Source: an uncultured archaeon (lineage in GTDB: Archaea; Asgardarchaeota; Thorarchaeia; Thorarchaeales; Thorarchaeaceae). Taken from it: a stretch of DNA of 64,000 nt. The number at the start of each line of letters is the position of its first letter. Position 1 is the first letter of the stretch. The notes under the pieces are model-generated. The model did not search any database. It saw only the letters and a program-made list of their open reading frames with translations, and was not told the DNA's origin. This document shows, one piece after another, positions 48,571 through 57,474 of this stretch. Made by a program: the position numbers and the translations under genes. Location of the stretch: positions 27,568 through 91,567 of the forward strand of contig CAZLEV010000009.1 of NCBI GenBank assembly GCA_964558645.1, in the 5' to 3' direction.

Positions 48571-49614
48571 CTAGTCCAAGTCTGTGAACAGCACTTTAAT
48601 CGCCTTCTGTGATTCCATCAGCTCGAAACCCTTCTCCCACTCGTCTAGGGAGACTCTATGAGTTATGAGGGGCTTTACATCGATGCGCTTCGAAGCCATC
48701 ATGCGGAGAGTTGTCACCCATGTAGAGGGGATAGTGCCCCATGTGCCGAGAACATGCAGTTCCTTTGTCACTATCAGATCCAAATCAAGAGTGATTGGTT
48801 TACCCTGAATGCCAATCAATGCAATCTGACCTGTTGTCTTGACAAAATCAAAGGCCTGCTTGCGGGCAGCTCCAGAGCCAGATGCCTCGACCACGACATC
48901 AGCACCGATGCCATCGGTGATCTCTTTCACTTTCTGTACAGCAGCAGTCTCCTTCTGAACATCTATTGTCATATCAGCGCCGACTTCTCTGGCGATCTCC
49001 ATTCTCCATTCGTCAGCGGTAATACCCGTTACTATCACTTGCGCTGCGCCCATGGCTTTGGAAACCTGTACAGCGACCAGACCAGTAGTTCCAGGACCCT
49101 GAACGACAACCACATCTCCCGGAGTGATCTTCGTGCATTCCGCGATGGTGTGAACAACACAAGCGGTTGGTTCTGCAAGTGCGGCCTCCTCCATCGAAAC
49201 TCCGTCAGGAATCTGGTGTACTATGTACTCTGGAACAACCAAGTACTTAGCAAAGGCGCCGTTGGCCAGTGAAACACCAAGAATCTGCTTATTCTCTGCA
49301 GTGCATCTGTTGACATGGCCCGTTCTGCATTGACAACACCTACCACAGTATGCAGTGGCGGGTGAAACGACTCTGTCACCCACAGCGAAACCACAGACAT
49401 CGGGGCCAACATCCACAATGGTACCGGAGTACTCATGGCCAAGCACAACGGGTGGTGTGTAAAAGGCAGTGTCATGTTTGATATGGACATCGGAGCCGCA
49501 TATGCCAGCCGCGGATACCTCGACCAGTACTTGCCCGGGACCAGGGACGGGTTCTTCAATGTCTACCAGTTCAAGACCGCCGGGTCCCTTCTTCGTCTTC
49601 ATGAGTCCTCTCAA
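48571..49614 (-). CDS. Zn-dependent medium-chain dehydrogenase (threonine/sorbitol DH-like)
   Basis: GICGSDVH, GHEYSG, CGRCCQC..C, GPG..G. Start TTG 49614 assumed. Confidence 0.9.
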   Translation of the reverse strand: MRGLMKTKKGPGGLELVDIEEPVPGPGQVLVEVSAAGICGSDVHIKHDTAFYTPPVVLGHEYSGTIVDVGPDVCGFAVGDRVVSPATAYCGRCCQCRTGHVNRCTAENKQILGVSLANGAFAKYLVVPEYIVHQIPDGVSMEEAALAEPTACVVHTIAECTKITPGDVVVVQGPGTTGLVAVQVSKAMGAAQVIVTGITADEWRMEIAREVGADMTIDVQKETAAVQKVKEITDGIGADVVVEASGSGAARKQAFDFVKTTGQIALIGIQGKPITLDLDLIVTKELHVLGTWGTIPSTWVTTLRMMASKRIDVKPLITHRVSLDEWEKGFELMESQKAIKVLFTDLD

Positions 49615-49679
49615 CAGTAAAGACCTCGGGTCTTGCTGGTTAGACCCGTTATAGAATGTTGTGGCGAGAGAACAAGACA

Positions 49680-49967
49680 CTAAGAAGTCTCGGCTGCGAT
49701 TGCTTTGAGGAATGAAGGGGGTTCAGAACCCTGATCAACAGGACGCACACGGAAGTCCATTCCTCGTTCTGCTCTGATGGAGGCCGCATTTCTTGCGCCC
49801 ACAAACTTCTTTCTCACGTCTGCATCCCGACCGTGCCAGAGAAAGACGTTCTTCCCAGGCTCATCAATGACGCAATACACTTTATCACTTTGAAGTCTTT
49901 CCGGCTTGAGATTCACTTCACGTGATGAACCGTCATCGAGCATTTCGTAGCCATGAACCATTGTCAT
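49680..49967 (-). CDS. Single-domain gelsolin-like protein (Asgard eukaryotic signature protein)
   Basis: LQSDKVYCVID..VFLWHG..A...KFVGAR.A..I...VDQGSEPPSF matches the gelsolin repeat consensus. Confidence 0.8.
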   Translation of the reverse strand: MTMVHGYEMLDDGSSREVNLKPERLQSDKVYCVIDEPGKNVFLWHGRDADVRKKFVGARNAASIRAERGMDFRVRPVDQGSEPPSFLKAIAAETS

Positions 49968-50032
49968 ACATCCCTTGAAGATAATTGCTCTTCTATGAAT
50001 CGTGATATTACGTAGGTAATATATGCAACTAA

Positions 50033-50386
50033 TCAGACAGGTTCGAACTTGGCCCTGACAGTAGCCCCACAGTAAGTGCAGCTGGCCTCCAGTGGGCCAA
50101 CCCAGTCAATATGTTCCTGGTTCAGCGCTGCACCGCATGATGGACATTTGCCGGGCAATCGCACTGTTCTCAAGTCTGCACCATCTGACCTGCCACGCTG
50201 ATATCGGTCAGGAACTGCGTACGATGGAGCCTGCGTTGTGAAGCTCTTTGCCACCTCTGCACCAGACTGGCAGGCCTTGATTATGATTATTATCACTATG
50301 ATGAAGATGAAAAAGGGAACTATCATTAGAAGCACCCCAAATCGCCAGAACATATCAAAGAACGGGTCAAACGGCCAGAATTGCAA
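50033..50386 (-). CDS. Membrane protein with C-terminal zinc ribbon
   Basis: N-terminal TM, then CPSCGA...CTYCG. TTG 50386 start assumed. Confidence 0.65.
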   Translation of the reverse strand: MQFWPFDPFFDMFWRFGVLLMIVPFFIFIIVIIIIIKACQSGAEVAKSFTTQAPSYAVPDRYQRGRSDGADLRTVRLPGKCPSCGAALNQEHIDWVGPLEASCTYCGATVRAKFEPV

Positions 50387-50591
50387 CTTTGCTACTCCCT
50401 GTTTGGTTCTGCTCTTCAACCTTGAAATAGGCCTTATTACGTTTGCGAGGAAGGAAGTGGTTATGAAACTCAAGAAGAAACCCTCTCGGGTCTGTTCAGC
50501 CAACTCAAGAGGTAAACTCGTCTCTTCGCAATGTATAAATGCCCTGTAAGAGCTTGGTGAAGAGACAGCCCTTTGGAGGCAGAGAACCAAG

Positions 50592-50951
50592 ATGCAGATT
50601 CCAGCATTTCTTCTACGAAAACTCTACGTGAAAGGAAGCCTACAGAACGCCGACGACGGCTTCATGTTCAAGATCAAGAACTCGCTTTCTCCCGGTACAT
50701 CTATTGGGATGGAACCCATTAAGGTCGATGACAATGAATACCCGCTCGACTCAACCATTATCAAGTCTGGTGATGTTGAGATCACGGCTAGCGAGATTTC
50801 AGAGGACAATCCGTTCCCAATCAAAGTTGGCGTCGAGGTCATCATTCATGTGAAAGGCGACGGACTTGAAGAAGGAGAACATAAGATCGACATTGCCCTC
50901 AAGACGAAGGAAGCCGGCACCTTGGCTTTCGATGTCAAAGATGCACTGTAG
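50592..50951 (+). CDS. Conserved hypothetical small beta-sandwich protein
   Basis: MQIPAFLLRKLYVKGSL.N, beta-rich, acidic; followed by a terminator-like hairpin. Confidence 0.65.
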   Translation: MQIPAFLLRKLYVKGSLQNADDGFMFKIKNSLSPGTSIGMEPIKVDDNEYPLDSTIIKSGDVEITASEISEDNPFPIKVGVEVIIHVKGDGLEEGEHKIDIALKTKEAGTLAFDVKDAL

Positions 50952-50965
50952 TAAGACAAGATGTA

Positions 50966-51008
50966 AGAGAGTGATGCCACGGCGTATCGCTCTCTAGACA
51001 CCTTTTTT
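50966..51008 (+). terminator. Hairpin plus T-tract
   Basis: AGAGAGTGATGCC..GGCGTATCGCTCTCT stem, then CCTTTTTTCT. Confidence 0.5.
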
Positions 51009-51086
51009 CTATGCCATTGATGGCACGAAACTGCTTGACGCAATAGTTTTCAGCAGAGAAACCACACACTAAACTGGTCGTGCACC

Positions 51087-51998
51087 ATGTATGTAAAGAT
51101 AAGAACCGACGGAGCCGTTGGAATAGGAAGAGCGACAGAAGGAACTGCTGAAATAGCAATCGGCTATGGAGAAGCGCACATGATTGCGGCAGCCCTTGAG
51201 AAGCTCGCCCAGACAGCACGTGACTATAAGCAGGTCTACAAGAAGACCACAGATGTAGGGGCGGGAAACAAGATTGAGTTCGAGAGGTATGAAGACGGTA
51301 GGATAAGCATCGCGGGCGACAAGAATGCCTATTATTGCACCGAACAAGAGATACGGGAGCTTGCAAAACTTCTGAAGAGCTTGCCACCAGTCCAAGTCGC
51401 ACCACCTTCAGACTATGTGGACAAGACAGGACCTGAAGGCTCAATCTGCCTCGTAGTGAAGAATGGGGGATCTTCTGCAGGGCTGAAAATCAACGAAGCA
51501 GCATTGCTGAAGACCGCCGTAGTCAATAGCCTCGATAGCAGGTATTTCAACGAGCGCTTGGTGGTGGCAGGACGAGATCTCATCGTAAACCGCAGTAGTG
51601 ATCTGAAATGGAAACTGGAGGTCGAACAGACGCCAGTCAAGTTTACCGCTTATGAGGTTGAGGCACTCGTAGCCGGATTGCATAACGGAATCTTGGATGT
51701 CCTAATGGACTTCGTCAAATCAATGGGCTCGGACGATATTGCGGACATTCGAGTCAAGAGTCATATCCAAAGAATCGAAGAAGAGGTCCAGAAGATTATG
51801 CGTGAACACAAGGACACAAAGAAGGTGCGAAAGAATCTGTCCAATATGGCGAAGGAGATATTGGGCGGAGGCCAAGATGCAGATTCGCGAACAAACACCT
51901 TCATCAAGATGTGCAAGTATGTCTATGGTGATATCGAACGAGAGTTCGTGGATCCTCTGATGAATCTCCTCGCTGAGGCTTTCGTTGTAGAGAGCTAG
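51087..51998 (+). CDS. Hypothetical protein with repeated strand-strand-helix units
   Basis: 303-aa ORF with internal duplication; no recognised catalytic motif. Confidence 0.65.
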   Translation: MYVKIRTDGAVGIGRATEGTAEIAIGYGEAHMIAAALEKLAQTARDYKQVYKKTTDVGAGNKIEFERYEDGRISIAGDKNAYYCTEQEIRELAKLLKSLPPVQVAPPSDYVDKTGPEGSICLVVKNGGSSAGLKINEAALLKTAVVNSLDSRYFNERLVVAGRDLIVNRSSDLKWKLEVEQTPVKFTAYEVEALVAGLHNGILDVLMDFVKSMGSDDIADIRVKSHIQRIEEEVQKIMREHKDTKKVRKNLSNMAKEILGGGQDADSRTNTFIKMCKYVYGDIEREFVDPLMNLLAEAFVVES

Positions 51999-52019
51999 AA
52001 GGCAATTGGCACAACGCTT

Positions 52020-52931
52020 ATGATACTCTCAGGCTCACACAGGCAGCATCAAGGGGTTAGAAGACTGTCCGATCACAACTATGCAACACAGCTGGCAAGG
52101 CGGTGGGGTATGAGAGCTCCGACGCAGCTTATCAAGATGCTGAGGTTGCACAGAACACCCTTCGAAACGCTGCTTCACAACATCTTTGATGCTCTAGACC
52201 CCTTTGACGCTTCATTTGCCTTTCCAACCGTTGCAGCAGTCGCATCGATGCGACCCCATCTCGTGAAAGAGATTGTCCAAGAAGGGCATGAAATCGCAAG
52301 CCATGGATACAACCATGTTCGGTATCCGCATCTGTCGGCCAATGATCGAGAACGCGACCTCGTGAGAAGCCTCAAAACATTCGATAAGATGGGCATCGAA
52401 ATCCAAGGCTTCAGGGCGCCGTATGACAACTACACTGACGATATGCCTGGCTTGCTTGAGAGGCACGGCATCATCTGGGACGGGGGGTTGGGCTACCGTC
52501 CTGAGCACAGAAAGAAGGATCACTTCTTCAGAGTCGCTCTTGATGGAAAGATGTCAGATGTCACCTACATTCCTTTGAACATCTGGAGTGACGACCGGAT
52601 GATTGACACACTTGGAATGCAGCCGACTGAGGTGACTGAACAACTCAAGCATGAGATCCATACAGCTAAGAGGAACGGGGGAGTACTGATGTTCGACCTT
52701 CATCCGATCAGGATTGGTCAGCCCGAGTATGCGCAATGCCTTCGGGACGTAGCGGAATTCGCGCATGGGTTGGGGGCTTGGATTCCTTCACCTCATGAGG
52801 CCGTGACCTACTGGAACCAGCACAATAGATGGAGAGGTGACGCGGAATTCTGCCTGTTACTGACGGGTGACATTGATAACTGGGTTTTCGCAGATTATTT
52901 ACGTAGACAGATTTGGCGATGGTTAGGATAG
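52020..52931 (+). CDS. Polysaccharide deacetylase family protein
   Basis: GHEIASHGYNH, GFRAPY, HP. Start uncertain. Confidence 0.8.
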   Translation: MILSGSHRQHQGVRRLSDHNYATQLARRWGMRAPTQLIKMLRLHRTPFETLLHNIFDALDPFDASFAFPTVAAVASMRPHLVKEIVQEGHEIASHGYNHVRYPHLSANDRERDLVRSLKTFDKMGIEIQGFRAPYDNYTDDMPGLLERHGIIWDGGLGYRPEHRKKDHFFRVALDGKMSDVTYIPLNIWSDDRMIDTLGMQPTEVTEQLKHEIHTAKRNGGVLMFDLHPIRIGQPEYAQCLRDVAEFAHGLGAWIPSPHEAVTYWNQHNRWRGDAEFCLLLTGDIDNWVFADYLRRQIWRWLG

Positions 52932-52938
52932 TGAAGAT

Positions 52939-53388
52939 ATGAGCAGACTTCTTGGACGGATACTAAGGGTTCTTGCGTGGTTGTCACCAATCTATCAGTT
53001 CAGAGCCTCTGCACACAGGAAGTGCGGAGTCAATATCGGCAGAGGAGTGTTCATGGGCTATCTGGTACAGATAGACAGTGAGCACCCGGACTTGGTCGAG
53101 ATAGGAGATTGGGTTGCAATAGGTCCAGGGGTGAAGATCATGGCCCATGGCGGAGCGAGTGCATACCATCAGAAAATGGGTCTATTCGAAGGAAAGCCAA
53201 AGAAGGTGACCATCGAAGAGGGTGCATGGATAGCAACAGGAGCCATCATCTTGCCGGGGGTGACAGTAGGTCGCGGGGCAGTGGTGGCAGCAGGTTCAGT
53301 CGTTAGCAGGGATGTACCTCCAATGACCATGGTCGCAGGAAACCCAGCCAGAATGGTTCAGAAACTAGAGTCCAAAGCAACTAAGTAG
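52939..53388 (+). CDS. Hexapeptide-repeat (LbH) acyltransferase
   Basis: GVNIGRGV, VTIEEGAWIATGAIILPGVTVGRGAVVAAGSVVSRDVPP..VAGNPAR. Confidence 0.9.
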   Translation: MSRLLGRILRVLAWLSPIYQFRASAHRKCGVNIGRGVFMGYLVQIDSEHPDLVEIGDWVAIGPGVKIMAHGGASAYHQKMGLFEGKPKKVTIEEGAWIATGAIILPGVTVGRGAVVAAGSVVSRDVPPMTMVAGNPARMVQKLESKATK

Positions 53389-53620
53389 CGAGTTTTTGGC
53401 GAAGAGCAGCCTTAACGTCGCCAACAGTCCACATCTCAACAACTTCTTCATCTTCAAAGAAGATACCAAACTCATTCTCGATTTCACTGACGAGAAGAAG
53501 GTGTGCCATCGAATCCCATGGTTCATACTCCTTTCGTCTGATGTCATCAGATAGCTCTTCGGGTTCGATAAGCAGTACCTTAACCAAGATGTCCGTAAGG
53601 CGTTCTTCGCTGTCAGCCAT
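53381..53620 (-). CDS. Acyl carrier protein
   Basis: 79 aa, acidic; WDSMAHLLLVSEIENEFGI..TVGD with the phosphopantetheine Ser. Start at 53620 or 53626. Confidence 0.88.
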   Translation of the reverse strand: MADSEERLTDILVKVLLIEPEELSDDIRRKEYEPWDSMAHLLLVSEIENEFGIFFEDEEVVEMWTVGDVKAALRQKLAT

Positions 53621-53622
53621 CT

Positions 53623-55455
53623 TCATTCCTCGACCATCTCGATCCAGTCTGGAACTGGTATATTTTCTTTCTCGATATCTAGTGCCCATCTCGTGATTCG
53701 CTCTGAGTCTGTTCCAACTTCTTCAAAACCATGACGCTCATAGAGGTCCCTTGCGGGGGGATTCTTCTTTGTTGGAATGACCTCACCAATGACTCTGCGT
53801 GCATTTCTCTCCCGTGCATAGGAGACTATCTTCGACAGGAACGCTGTTTCCACAGATCGGCCGATGACTCTACAACTCATAAGAAAAGAATCGATTATGC
53901 AGTCATCATTCTCCATTTTCGTGATTGCTACCCCTACAATCCCTTCATCGCCGAACTTGTCCTTCACGGACATACTGAAGACAGCGTATTCATCAGACTC
54001 TCTGAACGATTCCACCTCTGCGTCAGTATACCGACGGGTTGTCAGGTTGAATTGATTGGTCTTCCCTATCAGTTGAACTACTCGCGGCTTGCCGAAGTCA
54101 TCGACTTGCTTCACCTGCACTTTCAAGTCAAGCGTTCTAAGGAAGTCATCCACGGAACCAGTCTTCTCTTCGAGTTCTGCTCTCTTCCGTTTCCCGACGT
54201 ACATCTCTCCTCGCTTCATGTCTTCCCGCGTCAGTGAAAGAACATCAAAGACCTTCAAATTCTCCAGAGTCTCTCGATACATCTGCGGGTTTTCTGGCAT
54301 CTCTACAACCAGTACCTCAGGGAAAGCCTGATGGACTTGTGCTCTCTCATGAGGGTTATCATCCATGAATACCATACTGTCAAGACCAATGTTGATCTCT
54401 TCAGCAAGTTCCGTCATGTTCTGTGCCTTATTCTGCCAATTAATCCTGAAAGCAGCGAAGTGTTCCTCTCTGAGAATCTGATGGGGATGCTCGCGGATGG
54501 GTTTCATCGCATCATCCCAGTTGTTCTTGCTGTTGATTGCCAGAATGACTCCCCGATTGTAGAGACTCAGTAATGCTCGCTGGAAGTCCATGAATTCGAC
54601 TCCGGGAGGGGTCGGTCCCAGTCGTATTCCTTCGATTCCATCTTCCCCCACCACTCCACCCCAGAGGGTGTTATCCAGATCAAGGACTATGCACTTCTTA
54701 GTCAAACCCTTGAGGGCTCTAACATACCTCGCATACTCTGAGGCAAGAGAGGGCAGGAAATCAGTGGCGAACATCACCGATCCTCTGTAGTATGTCTTCC
54801 AGTCTACCACTCTCGACTTACCATAGCTTCCACTGACAGAATCGAGGTCGAAAACGAAGACCGTCGAATCATCCCGAAAGGTCCGCTCGAGCCTCTTGTT
54901 GGCCTCCCCGAAGAATCGACGAAGACCAATCTCTTCTTTGTTATCCACAACGCCAAAAGGAGTAAACTCAGGAACGATGAAGTTGTTGACTACCACGAGG
55001 GCGGATCCATTATCTCTCAGGGCCTCTACAACACTGACCAAATCAACAACCATCTGCTGCAGATGATCCTCACGTTCATCTTGATTCATCCTCACGAATC
55101 TCGCGGTGAACATGGCGTCAAGAAGTGAAGTAGCGTCCACAGCAAGAATGACGAGATCCGACTGATGCTGGTAGAGTGCCGAGTCACTGTCCAATGCCTC
55201 CTGACGGTACATATTGAAGCCGCCGACGAAGGTCTCAGGCTGAAGACCCATGAGCCTGACTTTAACATCAAGGCAGGCGGCAACGGGCTCCAAGGTGGAT
55301 GACCCGATGATGGCTAGACGTATCGTCTTCTTCTCATCGTCTGACGGTTCAAGTTCAAGCTTCTGGATTCTCTTGTATGCACTCCAGAGGTCAAGGTAAC
55401 TGTTCTCATCCTTGATGGACCTGAGAATCTTATCTAGAGCATCAGAACTGTTCAT
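53623..55455 (-). CDS. fkbH: FkbH-like HAD-IIIC glyceryl-ACP-forming enzyme
   Basis: KCIVLDLDNTLWGGVVGEDG, SKNN, INWQNK, FMDDNPHER, KTNQFNLTT, DKFGD.G, FLMSCRV.GR. Confidence 0.9.
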   Translation of the reverse strand: MNSSDALDKILRSIKDENSYLDLWSAYKRIQKLELEPSDDEKKTIRLAIIGSSTLEPVAACLDVKVRLMGLQPETFVGGFNMYRQEALDSDSALYQHQSDLVILAVDATSLLDAMFTARFVRMNQDEREDHLQQMVVDLVSVVEALRDNGSALVVVNNFIVPEFTPFGVVDNKEEIGLRRFFGEANKRLERTFRDDSTVFVFDLDSVSGSYGKSRVVDWKTYYRGSVMFATDFLPSLASEYARYVRALKGLTKKCIVLDLDNTLWGGVVGEDGIEGIRLGPTPPGVEFMDFQRALLSLYNRGVILAINSKNNWDDAMKPIREHPHQILREEHFAAFRINWQNKAQNMTELAEEINIGLDSMVFMDDNPHERAQVHQAFPEVLVVEMPENPQMYRETLENLKVFDVLSLTREDMKRGEMYVGKRKRAELEEKTGSVDDFLRTLDLKVQVKQVDDFGKPRVVQLIGKTNQFNLTTRRYTDAEVESFRESDEYAVFSMSVKDKFGDEGIVGVAITKMENDDCIIDSFLMSCRVIGRSVETAFLSKIVSYARERNARRVIGEVIPTKKNPPARDLYERHGFEEVGTDSERITRWALDIEKENIPVPDWIEMVEE

Positions 55456-55891
55456 CTGCGTCAGCACTCCTCGTTGACAATTCGGTTGCCATTCCATTTA
55501 GTAGTTTGCGAACGTATTCGTCATCTAGGCTGTTACCGGCAGGAATCGCCAAGGCCACAGCCGCCGCGTAGTTGTCAGTATGTGATAGACTTACAATCAC
55601 TCGGTGAGTGGCAAAAGGTCGCTCAACATGTGGCGCACCGCTTTCGTCGTGTAGAATCTCAATCTTGTTCAATGATTCTCCATGCCTGATACCTATTGCT
55701 TTCAAGACAGCCTCTTTCGCGGCAAAAGTCGCTGCAAGATGGGGTATCGGGTCAGAAAAGGCTCGGCAGTATTCTAGTTCGCGTCTTGTGTATATCCGGG
55801 TATAGAACGAAGACTCATCAGCAATGACTCGAAATCGCTTCAACTCGGTGATATCGACACCAATCCCAAGGCCATCATCAGACTGCATCAT
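55442..55891 (-). CDS. acpS: Holo-ACP synthase (4'-phosphopantetheinyl transferase)
   Basis: GIGVDI..L.RF, E..YC, A..FAAKEA..KA, GAP, SLSH...YA.A.A. Confidence 0.9.
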   Translation of the reverse strand: MMQSDDGLGIGVDITELKRFRVIADESSFYTRIYTRRELEYCRAFSDPIPHLAATFAAKEAVLKAIGIRHGESLNKIEILHDESGAPHVERPFATHRVIVSLSHTDNYAAAVALAIPAGNSLDDEYVRKLLNGMATELSTRSADADEQF

Positions 55892-55943
55892 TCTTCTCAC
55901 TCGGTACGGGCTGATGAAGGTGCGCCTATTCTTAAATTCTGAG

Positions 55944-57380
55944 TTATTCGTCCTCAAGTCGGTCCACATCTCGCTCCATCACAGATGTAGACCACGGATA
56001 CCGATCTAGAATACGGTCCATGAGGCGACGAACCTTCCTCTCTTCGGACGTACCTGAGTACACAAGAAGAATGACGAGACCACCTCGTGTCCGCTTGAAC
56101 TTCTGGTACATAGTCTTTGTTGTATTGATGGCATCACATACCACCATAACATCTGCCTGAGGGATGTCAAGGTCACGTTCGCCTACGGGAGACAGAACCA
56201 GAGCTCGTAACTCGGTCTCTTCTCTGAAAGCCCTCAGGACTTCACCCTTATCGCTTGTCTGCCCAGTAATGCGCTCCGCTCTGATGCCGGCCTTCTCCAG
56301 AGCTTCAACTAGTTGATCAACCATTTCTAAATACGAAGTCAGAATGAGGGTCTTTCGGTATCTCTTCGCAATGGAGACAGCAGGGGGGACTTTCGGTGAA
56401 ACGTCGGGTAGTGTTCGCCGCAGGTCGTTCACGTTGAAGTAATGCTTCAGATAAGGATTGTAGAACATCTTGATAGATTGGCTTGGTGGCATTGCATAGA
56501 CGTATTTACGCAATAGCAGCAATCCAGTATACCTGCCCTTCAGTTCGTCTGAGATTGGCAACCGTTCAATCATCATGTGGACTCTTCGGGCATCGCCCTC
56601 CACCAGAGACAGATTGTCACTGTCGGCAAGCTCGTTGAAAATCTCGTTCCTGGTGTTGCGTATCAACTCATCCAGCACGAGACTGATTGAACGAATCTGA
56701 CGGTTGTCTACTTGACTGACCGTGAGAAATGTTGATTCAAGATACTCCCCGATGTCAGTATCGTAGAGGTCGTCCATAGATATCATCTTGGAGTTTGGGA
56801 TGAATCTCTGAAGAGTTGCGAGCTCGTCACGAATCTCCACCTGCTCTCTTCCAAAGACTGCATGATCATCCCGTAGTGTTCCGCTCATTCCAATTATCCA
56901 TTTATCGCGGAAAAAAGAGAGGAGTTTGGCCCAAGGAAAAACCAAGGCGGTTCGTCCCCCAGATCGTCGTACAAGCGTATCAACCTCGTTGATAAGAAGA
57001 ATGTCTATGTCTTCGAACAGCAAGGGGTTCTTCTGTACAGCATTCGCAAGCACCTGAGGTGTGGCCACAATAACTCGGTTCTCCCGAATCACATACGGGC
57101 GCCTCCCAGATGGAACTCGTGAGGAAAGCTCTCCCAAGTCGTCTTCCAGTCCTCCGTACTCACCCTTCAAGTAGTCCACTGTTTCAGCGAGCGAGGAGCT
57201 CGAATGAACAACGATTATGATGCGACGGTTAGGATACCTCTCTGCAACTAGTTGATGTGTGATGAATCGCTTTCCAAGACCACAGTCTAGCTCAAGCAGA
57301 GTATTCTGGCCCGTCATATTCTCCAGCTGGCTCAGGATGTATTCCTGATATCCTCGCGGAGTGTATTTGGCATTGGTCAT
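55944..57380 (-). CDS. SF2 (Hef/DEAH-like) helicase homolog with degenerate motifs
   Basis: PR.YQ, LDCGLGKR, ATPQ, INEVD, GMSGT, DLDIP, QKFKRTR. Confidence 0.7.
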   Translation of the reverse strand: MTNAKYTPRGYQEYILSQLENMTGQNTLLELDCGLGKRFITHQLVAERYPNRRIIIVVHSSSSLAETVDYLKGEYGGLEDDLGELSSRVPSGRRPYVIRENRVIVATPQVLANAVQKNPLLFEDIDILLINEVDTLVRRSGGRTALVFPWAKLLSFFRDKWIIGMSGTLRDDHAVFGREQVEIRDELATLQRFIPNSKMISMDDLYDTDIGEYLESTFLTVSQVDNRQIRSISLVLDELIRNTRNEIFNELADSDNLSLVEGDARRVHMMIERLPISDELKGRYTGLLLLRKYVYAMPPSQSIKMFYNPYLKHYFNVNDLRRTLPDVSPKVPPAVSIAKRYRKTLILTSYLEMVDQLVEALEKAGIRAERITGQTSDKGEVLRAFREETELRALVLSPVGERDLDIPQADVMVVCDAINTTKTMYQKFKRTRGGLVILLVYSGTSEERKVRRLMDRILDRYPWSTSVMERDVDRLEDE

Positions 57381-57474
57381 GGTATCACCCAGTTCCCTAG
57401 AGAGGGATATGAACTCAACTTAGACACGCTTGTATATCTTTGCCACAACCAGGAGAGGGGTGAGAGGACAACAG

